Shown piece by piece: positions 28,301 through 42,763 of a DNA stretch of 64,000 nt. The notes beneath the pieces are model-generated. The model searched no databases. It was not told the origin of the DNA and was given only the letters and a program-made list of their open reading frames with translations. Both the position numbers and the translations under genes were made by a program. How positions within the stretch are numbered: position 1 is the stretch's first letter; every line of letters starts with the position of its first letter. Source of the stretch: Trichoplax sp. H2 (taxonomy: Eukaryota); assembly GCA_003344405.1 (NCBI GenBank), contig NOWV01000024.1, positions 558,001 through 622,000 on the forward strand. The letters run 5' to 3'.

Positions 28301-30608
28301 ATTCCAAATAACTACATTTGCTACATAGGACCTACATGGATTCAAACAAAGTGCACTACGCAATTTATTAAGAGCTTAAACGATTAATTATCACAGTAAA
28401 ACAATCAATACATCACTTTATATTATCTAGCGAGAAGTCATTAGTGCACGGTATCATAACTTTGGCAATGTTTATGTAATGATTGCTTTCAAGTCCAGTA
28501 ACTCTATCTCGATACCGTAATGTATTAAAAGCTTTAAAGCAATGTACTGTAAGTTAATAATATTAACTGGGTTGGAATAATCAGTGCAATAAATACGATT
28601 ATTAATCTAGTTTTTAAGCTACAACAGTGCTTCAAAAATAAATTTCTAAAAAGTGTGGGAACATTCTAACAGGACATAAGCTATGTTATATGATAATTTT
28701 TAATTAGGGACAATTTAGAATCGCTGCATTCATATCGCTACTAATTACTAATTTGTCATCTATTGCAAATAAGGCAAATCTAACAATTTGCCCTAAAATT
28801 GTAATTAAATCGACGAGATGAGAGCATCAATAATTACCATTTACACTTTGCAATACTACTGTACTGTACTTATATTATGGAGTGCAGTCAATACTGAGAT
28901 CAGATCTCTTCTGCTCCTAGAGTTACAATGCGCGTACAGTAAAGTAAAGGGATAAATGTTAAATGCCTACCATTTACGGTACGACGGTATTTATAATTTT
29001 AGCACGCACAATTTTACTGTAGCTAATCTTGCCTATGATGCTAATACAATAATATGTAGGCAATACAGCATAAGACATTGCTAGATTGCTCGTATTCAAC
29101 TAGATCGCTGTCCAAGGAGGCAATTAAATCCAATCGCTCATACGAGTACAGTAATAATTAAATTTGTAATCCCTACAACAGTATATCCAACTATGCTATA
29201 CTGTACATCTGGGTTGCATTGTAGACATTCTCATTCCAAAAGGACAATTTCGTTATGAGAACAGATAAATAATACTGTCATCCTATAGAACCTACTCTAC
29301 TGTCGTATCTCGCTCGTCTTCTGATTCAAAAGCTCAGAAGGCGACAATTTCATTCATTACAATTCTATACGTGCATATAGATGATGATATCATTCTATAC
29401 GATACTGTCGTGTTAGCGTCCAAATGAAATACGAGCAAGGACATTAATAGTTATTACCAATGATCATTATCGAACGAATTTCAAAAGTACATCATATCCA
29501 TTTGGATTCTGTTGTTCATAGCTCCTACCGTACTACGAGAATCATGTCATTCTATTGATCAGTGTACGAGCTTACTGCAATCATTGAATGACAGCTCGAT
29601 TAAACAGCAACTACCGTATGAATTTTCAATATACAGTAGAGAGCAAGAGTTTCATCGATGGTGATTACAATTTAAAGCGTGGATACAGAGGATAATATGA
29701 CGATCATTATTTCAGTTCTTCTTGTCCAATTTATACCATATTACACCTAAGGATATCCATGACTATTCTCCCTGATTATGCTACTTATACAAGCATATGG
29801 AATTAGCCTAGCCAATTCACCATCAGTGAAAGAATACCATCCAATGTATAGAAGACCTAACCAATTACCAAGTCTAGTAATAATCTATCACCCAAGTAGG
29901 TGTTGCAAAGAAGGATATCACTTATCCGTTGACTACAGTAGCATCAGACTAGCATTGCTGAGTACCGCATGATACATCACCAGCACCATTTGCAATCTAG
30001 AAAGTTAGTACTGAATCATCTTTCATCCATCTTTCAGTGTATAACTGAACTCTATCTATCAACAGTCTCTCAACTCAAGAACTGCCATGGCAATTTTATT
30101 GGTTATTCTCGGTCTTGTTCCATGACCACTCGACAACTTGCTCAATTTGAAAATGGTCTATGCATGGCAGTCATGAGGATGCAGTCAGAAGATGTGAGGA
30201 AGATTCGACTGGCTATCATTTTTAAAGCCCAGGTCCAGAATTTCCATTCATCGTAGTCCATGATAATCCCACTATGTTCATTGTACTTCTATTCCTTAGC
30301 AGCCTATAAACTGAACGACTACTATAGAAATACATCTCTTTTCTCATTTCACTAGCCTTCTTTCTCAGTAACTGGCCCTCTATCTTATTTTCATTGCAAT
30401 TATTGCTAGGTATGACTATGACGACATTTGCTCTGACGTAGAGAAGAATGCCACTTGTCTTCTCCACTGGCGGGAAAGTTTAATGTTACATTGTTTCCTG
30501 TTGTCTTACCTCGTTAGTAAAGCGAATAACGAATAATTCACAATTCCTATCCAGTGATTTGGATAGCTTGACTTTGGGTTGCCATTGATTTCCTTTCAAT
30601 AACGGCAT
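22358..30608 (-). CDS. WAC-DDT-WHIM1-WSD protein (ACF1/BAZ1/Itc1-related ISWI chromatin-remodelling partner) lacking PHD and bromodomain
   Basis: Exon 30608-30510 MPLLKGNQWQPK...ELFVIRFTNE splices to the exon at ~28200-28099 AFQSIDKYYERLDLYRSRCWTCSVTGKNKLTYEE (WAC). Further exons: ~26600-26525 LPKEFAVPVLTKVQFS; Lys-rich exon 25039-24784; ~24668-24572 ILGDLLMSWKFLNTF (DDT); ~23680-23567 LIDLVLESVTIRQCLE (WHIM1-like); ~22967-22755 FIGRDSSNRRYWGF...GQWMYYCTPKE (WSD); last exon 22459-22358 ends RHSARLQSILREKPYLGYENKYANQ*. Micro-exons between 26.7 and 28.0 kb are uncertain. Confidence 0.85.
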
Positions 30609-30821
30609 CGTTCAGCAAGAATCTCTTTGCAAGCAAGTTTTCAATGGCACCAAGAAGAGAATTATTTCAGCTAGCTGACAGCAGAAATTGGCTGGGAGCC
30701 ACGATTATATAGGCTAGTATGCAGTTGACTTGGCAGGACAGACCGTACAGACGTAAACCATCGCTCCATACAGTGCGCGGTTCGGTCCGCACGTGTGTGC
30801 TGATTACCTAAGGCTCAGATA

Positions 30822-31565
30822 CTGTACTGTACACTGTATAGTACAAGTTTTAGAGGTACAGTACTCATGGTCTAGCCCGATCCGGTCCAGACCAGAGCTA
30901 CATCGATGTGCTCATACTAACAGATTGACCGATTGAGTGTACTTGATTGACTTGTACAGGACTTGTACAGTATCTCATTTTAATTAATTAAACTAAAAAG
31001 TCAAATTATTCAGCTTTATATTCGTATAATAATTTTTAATTTTTATTACATTTTGATTCACTCTTGTGATTTTAGGGCACCATAAAGTACTCTGATTCGA
31101 ACTGGTTCACGCTGTACTTGATTGATTGATTGACTGTCCACTACAGTACTGGTACTGGAGTCGCTGGTACTGAACTACAGTACAGTATACTGTACAGTAC
31201 AGTACTCTACTCTATAGTACAGTACTGTACAGTGTACAGTACTGTACAAGTTTTAGAGGTACTCATGGTCTAGTCCGACCCGGTCCAGACCAGAGCTACA
31301 CCACTGTGCTCGTACTGACAGATTGACCGACCGTCTTCACGAATTTGATTAATTAATGCTGGCTGATATGGAAAGGTTCAAGGTTGGACTACAGTAAGGT
31401 ATTGTACTGAAGTCCCTGGTATTGTACTGTACACTATACTGTACTATACAAGTTTTAGAGGTAATCTTGGTCTAGTCCGATCCGGTCCAGACCAGAGCTA
31501 CACCACTGTGCTCATACTGACAGGCTGACCGACCGTCTTCACGATGGCTGGACCACAGTACGGTG
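30822..31565. repeat. Three copies of a ~90-bp GC-richer double-hairpin unit embedded in GTAC-rich spacers
   Basis: CAAGTTTTAGAGGTA..TGGTCTAG(C/T)CCGA(T/C)CCGGTCCAGACCAGAGCTACA....TGTGCTC(A/G)TACT(A/G)ACAG..TGACCGA, with GTTTTAGAG starting at 30847, 31250 and 31452 (spacing 403 and 202). Confidence 0.92.
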
Positions 31566-32106
31566 GCTCACTCTACATACATATATTATCAAATTACTAC
31601 CGTATTACTGAATGTACAAACTACGGTATTCATAAAGTTGTTTATTGTTTTAGAAAGCACCATCTTTTACTGTAATTATCGTTACAGCTTAGCGACCAAT
31701 AACTGTGAGAAGCACCGCCCGAGATCGCAGTAAGGGGTAGGCTTATTACCGCAAAATATGTCACTACCGATGATCATAATTTATATAATATACAGGACAG
31801 TCTATACGCGTAAAGCGAGATATAAGGATCATTATTATTATTATTTTTACGCTTATCAATGATGGTATTGCAGTCAATGTGACTTACTCAGAGTAATCAT
31901 CTTTTACACTGAGTCAGCTCATAATTGCCGACAGTATTCAAAGTTCTGAACATACTGAAATAGAAGAGACATGACCAACTTCCTTATTTTTCAATTCAAC
32001 GCAATATGCTTTACCACGACACCATAAGAATACAGCAATATACCTACTCAATATAAAGAAGCATTAATATTGGACTGCCAACTCTTTCACTAATTTGGAG
32101 TATTGT

Positions 32107-32951
32107 AAGCTCAGCTAATACATGCAAATCTATTGATGAATACTTATTACAAATGAATTAACTGTGATTTCAAATTATTACCATGTTATCCGTAAATTAA
32201 TCGTGATCACGTATCACAAGCTCAGCTAATACATACAAATCTATTCTATGGATGAATATTTATTACAAATGAATTAACTGTGATTTCAAATTATTACTAT
32301 GTTATCCGTATATTAATCATGGATGAATATTTATTACAAATGAATTAACTGCGATTTCAAATTATTACTATGTTATCCGTATATTAATCGTGATCACGTA
32401 TCACAAGCTCAGCTAATACATACAAATCTATTCTATGGATGAATATTTATTACAAACGAATTAACTGTGATTTCAAATTATTACTATGTTATCCGTAAAT
32501 TAATCGTGATCATGTATCACAAGCTCAGCTAATACGTATAAATCTATTGATGAATATTTATTACAAACGAATTAACTGTGATTTCAAAAATTACTATGTT
32601 ATCCGTAAATTAATCGTGATCACGTATCACAAGCTCAGCTAATACATATAAATCTATGGATGAATATTTATTATAAATGAACTAACTATGAATTAAAATT
32701 ATTATTATATTATCCGTAAATTAATCGTGATCACATATCACAAGCTCAGCTAATACATACAAATCTATTGATGAATATTTATTACAAATGAATTAACTGC
32801 GAATTCAATTATTACTATGTTATCCGTAAATTAATCGTGATCACGTATCACAAGCTCAGCTAATACATATAAATCTATGGATGAATATCTATTACAAATG
32901 AATTAACAGTGATTTCAAATTATTATTATTATCCGTAAGTTAATCGTGATC
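32107..32951. repeat. Tandem repeat, about 7.5 units of about 110 bp, high identity
   Basis: AAGCTCAGCTAATACAT...GATGAATATTTATTACAAATGAATTAACTGTGATTTCAAATTATTACTATGTTATCCGTAAATTAATCGTGATCACGTATCAC starts near 32107, 32218, 32405, 32521, 32631, 32742 and 32852, with a partial unit near 32320. Confidence 0.97.
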
Positions 32952-33549
32952 GATCGGCATAAAATGTGCTATTGATGGCTGAGACGAGCATGTGCTAGTC
33001 CATCCATCCGACGTCTGCCAACTGCAATTTTAAAATACAATACGGTACTATACTGCGTATCCGTAGGGTGCACTAGAGCTAGAGAGCGTGTATGAGGTAA
33101 AAATAAATTGGATCGGTTGAGCGTTTTCAGCAAGGTATCCAACGATTTCCAAGGCTTATGTCCTGATCAAGATTATTTTGCCGGTACCCAATGGATACTT
33201 ATTTAAAATAGAATTAATTGAGGTCAAAGACCTGGTAATAGCATTTCAGTTCTCCGGTAATTGATTTTTAAATTGATTAATCCACTTATAGCAACTTCAA
33301 TTGAAGATAGGACGACAGTCTTGAAGCAGACCAGCTGGAAATCAGCGAACAAGCTTGTGGAATCTTTTAGCCTAGTATAGTATATTAGTTGTGCTGGATT
33401 ACAGACCTAGTGGATCAACAAAAAATTCTACATATCATCATCTGATGATAGAAACGTAATTGTATTGCTCTTCTGAAGTTCTAATCATCACTCAAGGTCA
33501 GCGTTATCATTACTGAGGCACCAAATATAATTCATTTGATTTTCAAAGT

Positions 33550-35082
33550 ATGCAAAGTTTTACTCGTTCCGGCTCTTGCCTGCTCATCGTTCTTGTTGCA
33601 CTTACCTGGACGTCGCATTTAGTGCAAGGTATGAAAGAACATCATTAACTTTTGGTTGATATTTTAGAAAATGAATTGAAATAAGAATGAACAACATTAC
33701 TGCTATATTACCGAGATAGAAATAGATGTTGTTACGTTAGACTATGATACGGCAATAAACGGATGATAAATGTTCTATCGCAGCAGGTGAGGAAATAGGA
33801 AGGACTCGTCGCCATGTGACAGCCAAAGGTATACCCTTGCAGTAGACCATCGCTACGACGAACTGATTTATTTTACTACACTAGAGTAGAGGACGAGTCG
33901 TAAGACAACACTTTCCAAGCATTTTACACAATAGCATAAGTTAGCCTACTATTTAGCAAACCGTATATTGCATGTAGTAAAGAGAGTTTTCTTTCATGCG
34001 TAGGCATAGTCCATGTTACTGTCAATCGTTTCCAAGATAAGGCAAAAGTAACTTGGAATGTTGAAAAACTGGTAGCTCATCCTGGTGTAGCCATCGCCAT
34101 TAAATATCGCCCAATCAATTCAAAAAATCAATGGCTAAGTTACAAATCGGACATTAAAACTGTACAAGGATCTGCAACCGTATCTAGGCTTAATCCTCAT
34201 ATACGATATACTTATGAAATAGCTGTTTATGAAGACAACTTATTGTACGCCCATAAAGTCGTCTCTCAGGAAGCTTGCACTAATGGATGGTCTTGGTACA
34301 ACGGAAACTGCTTTGGTTACCTCAGCAACCAACTTGCATCATGGCAGGATGCAAGAAAATCTTGTCAAAGTTATCGTGGTGACTTAGCTACCGTTTCAAA
34401 TCAAACTATTATGAATGTTATAAACAATTTTTCCGTCAAGAGGCATGCCTGGATTGGTACGTCAAACTATACTGTACGTGTAAACTGGCAATGACAGCAA
34501 TTCATGACTTAATGTTGCAATTAATTCAACTGTAGGTCTCAGGCGCCAGAACGGCAAATTTCAATGGGTAAATGGAGTTAGTTACAATTATTCTTACTGG
34601 GATGCTGGACAACCTATTTCTAGAGGAAGAGATTGTGTAGCTTTAAACCCCGTCAACCCGAATAAAGGATATAATTGGATAACTCAACTATGTAGCTATT
34701 CCTATGCTTATATCTGCCAAGCGCCAGGTATACACTATATCATAGTGTATTATTAATAATTTTATTTCATGTAGAACGCTACGGCAACAGTAAAATTGGG
34801 TAATATATTTTAGACTAACTAAAATATTATAACCACTTTTCAGAAATGGCTTCAAATCAACCAAACAGAAGTTACACATTATTAATAATTGTAGTGGTAT
34901 CTACTGTAGCGGTTCTTGGTATAATCATTTTATGGCTAGCGTATGCACGAAAATATCCAAATTCCGTGTCAGGTCAAGGTCTGGTAAAGTGTCAAGCTAT
35001 GTGCGGCAATATGTGTAGAAAGTCCCCCGATTACGGAAATTCTACCGTCAAGATCACACGCCTGGACGATGAAGCTGCGTAG
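33550..35082 (+). CDS. Type I membrane protein: signal peptide, RTRR pro-segment, FN3-like domain, C-type lectin domain, TM helix, short tail; 5 exons, about 335 aa
   Basis: Exons 33550-33628, 33784-33828, 34004-34456, 34536-34727, 34844-35082, all phase-1 GT-AG joins (1008 nt). Signal MQSFTRSGSCLLIVLVALTWTSHLVQA. FN3-like KVTW...IKYRP...W...VSRLNPHIRYTYEIAV. CTLD CTNGWSWYNGNCF...WQDARKSC...DLATV...AWIGL...WVNG...YSYWDAGQP...DCV...C...YIC. TM LLIIVVVSTVAVLGIIILWLAY. Confidence 0.88.
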
Positions 35083-36829
35083 TATATATATACATATCGG
35101 TTATTTACAATTTTATTACTCTTCAATACATTACTGCATACCTTTTTATGCTCTAAACTTGAACTATAAACTGAAACGATATAACGATATACAGCTTTAA
35201 GAATTTCGCCTTACGGACTATTTATTTACTTGGCGAGTTCAAGTTGATGTACAAACAAAGGCAACTAGCGCTATTAGATTTCTAAAATAGTAATAATAAT
35301 ATTACTTGCCTTAGTCACACCATAAAGGGAATATTAATGCTTCATACTATTTATGCACTTTTGAGAAGATTGAATCCATTTTCTAAATTGCTTGTAATCA
35401 GTAGAACTCATTTTATGCTTGTAAAATGGTCACAACTCGATTGTAGACAATGTGGTGTCATCTTTGCACATTTCGGTCATCGTAAAATATGAAAGATAAT
35501 TTCTATTAACAAATGCTTAGACTGAAATTCAATTTGCGTAAGATTGATCTTGAAAGGTAATTTTTACCTAATAAACTAATTTGTAGTAAACATAACCAAA
35601 ATATTTCACAATGGGTTAAGGTAAGCTGAAGCGATCAACTTAACTGATACAATTACACTATCACATTAGATTAAAATTGATATTTGTCGTATAGATTATG
35701 ATTACGCTTCGTACTATACATACAACTATAATGCTCTAGGATACTCTTTAAAATGTTTTTAATTTTAAGTAGTTTTGTACGGTATGATATCGTCTACATA
35801 TACAATAGTTAAACTTCTTAGTCTTACGAAAGCTTATCGCATTCTTAACCCTAGGAAACTGTAGCTCAATAATCAATTAGTTACCATGTAATGCCCGCAG
35901 AAATTATATCATTCCACGTGCTATCGTTTACTATAGAGTCGTTAAAGCGTCCGTTAAGCGTTATTATCGTCATATGCCTTATACAGTCCATTAATATTAT
36001 AGCCCCATAATTAGCCCATAAACGGCTAATTATGATTATATACCGACAGGGAAATTCTACTACCTATACAGAGTTGAGCAAACATAGCAAGTTCCATTTG
36101 GCTCTTACAACAAAGAATTTTAAAAAGTAGCTAAAAGGAAATTCAGTCTTGAACTTAGATATGCCATTCGTAGTAGTAATAACAAAAGAAATCTCTCATG
36201 ATCAAATTAAGTCTTTAATTGTTCATAATAGAACGCAAGCCAATAAATATACTTTTAACAGCATGAAGCAATGTGAATTTTCTAGATAATGCTTACTTCC
36301 TGCGAAATTTCACAGCGTCATCATCATTGCGAAGCAGAGTACAGTAATATACTGTATGTACAGGGCACTGATATTAAAATGATTCCAGAAAAAACCACCA
36401 AGTACTAGCAGAGTAGGCAAATTCCAAGGATAAGACAGCTACACGTGTGTCTAACATTGTAGTCGTATCAATTTCGTTTACAATAAAGGGGATTAGCAAA
36501 TAAAATTTGAAAAATTTCACAAGTGTTTTCAAATCGCAATTATCAATTAATGCTGATATTTCATTCTCATGACGAGTTAATCGTTTTCATAGCAAGGTGC
36601 CGTGTCGCTAAAATACGAATTACAGCTGATCATAGAATTTTTTAAACACGTTAAGTATACAGGTAATGCATGCCCTCACTAAACAGTACAATATGGCAAC
36701 AATATTTGCATAGCTGTACAACCTGTCGTTCAAATAATATTAAAGACAATTCTCCCAAAGTGTCGAATAGAAATAAATCAGTTTAATCAATTAATCACAT
36801 TTCCATGAAGGAGGAAATGAGGAAAGCAG

Positions 36830-40276
<3,447 letters not shown>

Positions 40277-40515
40277 GCCTGTAGAAGAACGCAATGAGAG
40301 AGAACTGCTTTAGGCTAGACACTTGAACAGTCAGTCAACAAGTACGATGGTGCTCGGTTCTAGCTTTCCGATACATGCCAATGACCAGCAAAATCTATGG
40401 TTGGATTGTTCTAGCTAGGAGCAAGCGTTGCCAATCGGATTTCTTTCTTCCTTTTTCCTTCTTTTCTTTGATCATGCGTACACATGCAGCGCTCTCCAGG
40501 CATCAGTCCGTCCGT

Positions 40516-40857
40516 CTGGTTGATCAAAAGGCAAATTGCATTTGGAGAAGGACATGGCGCACAGACTTCTCTACTTTCAACAAATGGATAGCAGCAATAT
40601 TGATATCCTAAACTACTAGAGAGAGACTATAGCAAGAGAAGAGGCAGACAACGACTGTTCAGTCTTCAGTACAAAATAATGATGAAGCTGACTATTCTTT
40701 ATGGTTGACAAAAAGGCAAATTGCCTTTTGAGAAGGGACTCTGCCCTTACTTTCAACAAATGCATAGCAATATTGATATCCTAAACTACTAGAGAAAGGC
40801 TATGGCAAGAAGAAGAGGCAGACAACGACTGTTCAGTCTTCAGTACAAAATAATGAT
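40516..40857. repeat. Direct duplication, 2 units about 185 bp apart, just upstream of EMC3
   Basis: TGGTTGA..AAAAGGCAAATTGC...GCAATATTGATATCCTAAACTACTAGAGA...GAAGAGGCAGACAACGACTGTTCAGTCTTCAGTACAAAATAATGAT at ~40516 and ~40702. Confidence 0.93.
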
Positions 40858-42763
40858 AAATCGCAAAGTTTAGTAATTCATGAGTAAGCTCATGACTTGC
40901 GTCAACAGTCTATAAGTAAGGAAAATAGAAAGTATGATAGGACCTTTAAGCTTAGATAATAAAATGGTGGGAATCAAGCCATGGACTACCCCATATCCCG
41001 AAAATGGAGTAAATGGAGTAGTCCATATATGATCTCATGACTTGCGTGAACTGTTTGTGAATAAGGAAAATATAAAGCACTATATAAACTTTAAACTTCC
41101 ATAATAATAAAATTAGGATCATTCATCCTTCTCTACTACTAATTCTTGTCTCGTAACACGCATCGTATACGCGTATATTTGGCATAGGTCATATATATGG
41201 GCCAAGATATTAAAATGAAATTATCATTAAGTGTAAATAAAAATCTCTGTGCGCTATATCATCAACACTGCACAAATCTACTAGCTCTACAGTATGCTAT
41301 AAACGAACTGTATACAGTACTGGAATAAATTATTAACTAGATGACAATAATGGTAGTGCACTAGTCTATGCATTCTATGTGTATAACAACGATAATATTA
41401 TAATTGAGCCAAGTGTGATTAATACAAGCACTCCTTGTCCTCTTCCATTATTTTTCTATTCTTTATGGCCTTTATACTGCTCACTACTACTTGAGAAATA
41501 AAAGTAATGAAACGACAGGAAGAATTACTTCAAATAAATGGCGTGATTTCTCCCTAAAAAAAAACATTTATTTCTCTTTAGTAAACACCTCGTTTTGAAA
41601 TCGACAACACTAACATTATACACACTATAGAACGAAGTCATGGCTAAGAAGAGTGCCTTATCGAGGTACACCAATTAGAGCATTATCACATCGAATCGTA
41701 TGCTTTGCCCATAAATCTTTACTAGCAGATCGTGCACTCGTAATACTCGCGTAGTCTATACTTGCACTTTTTATTTTTAGTACGTACTGAATAGTACAAA
41801 CTGACAAAATTATTTTAATAATAAATAATCAATACAACGATTGCGATATTGGCTATTACTGATTGCAATTGCAAGAAAGTGAGTGTACAAGATTTCTTGA
41901 TTACCATGTTTAATAAGATATTTTGAAGCAAAATATCTCAATTCTGTATCACACTGCATTTGCCCAAGCCAAAAATCAATCAAGTGAAGTTCCTGTTGAC
42001 AGACAGCTACTATAATTAAATGCTAAGACGATCCAGTATTGCCATGGCGACTTATCGTTAATTGCACATTTTTAATGATATTAAACTTTAATCCTCCATT
42101 TTTAAGCAAATTTGAAAATATCAATAATAGATTTCAATAGCTATCTTTAAATGAGGAACTGTGTGCGACATCAGCCCGAAAACACAGTTTACATGATGAT
42201 TGGCTAGATGAATTGTATTAATTAGATTATTTTAATTAATCTATATATAATTAAAATTGTCTATAACCTATAGAATCGCAATTTTATCTGATTGCCAATG
42301 ACCTAACAAATATAACCTAAATCTGTTATCAACGTATAACTACCTATAATTCCGCTAGATTTCCATTCATTTTCTGTTCTTTTAACTCTGCTAGAACTCA
42401 ATTCCAGAACAAGATACAATTTACAAGATCCTGTGCTACTCTCAACATGATTTTTCCTGCTTTTGAATGGATTCCCATACTTTACTGTTAATACAATTGT
42501 CTTCTCCTTTATAGTACGATTCATATCTCGTATCAACATTTATCATTCTCAATATCCCTTACAAGGCAAGTAGAGTAAATATCAGTATTCTGCATTGCAA
42601 GTTTTCTATGGTAGGTACCATATACTTGTAAGAAGACATGTGTTACTATGAGTAATTATTAGCCATTGCTTTTCTCAGATTAGGCTAGGTTTGAATCAGA
42701 TATTTAAAATTACGACTAACAGTTCGGAAAATATACTTTAAAAGTTAAATAGAACGAACTATC

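Noticed and set aside
30847..31460. GTTTTAGAG at the start of three repeats, identical to the first 9 nt of type II-A CRISPR repeats/sgRNA scaffold
   Set aside because: The match stops after 9 nt, the units are about 90 bp with 200-400 bp spacing and low-complexity spacers, there are no cas genes, and the context is intron-rich eukaryotic DNA.
32107..32951. Regularly spaced repeats as a possible CRISPR array
   Set aside because: Whole units are repeated head-to-tail with no unique spacers.
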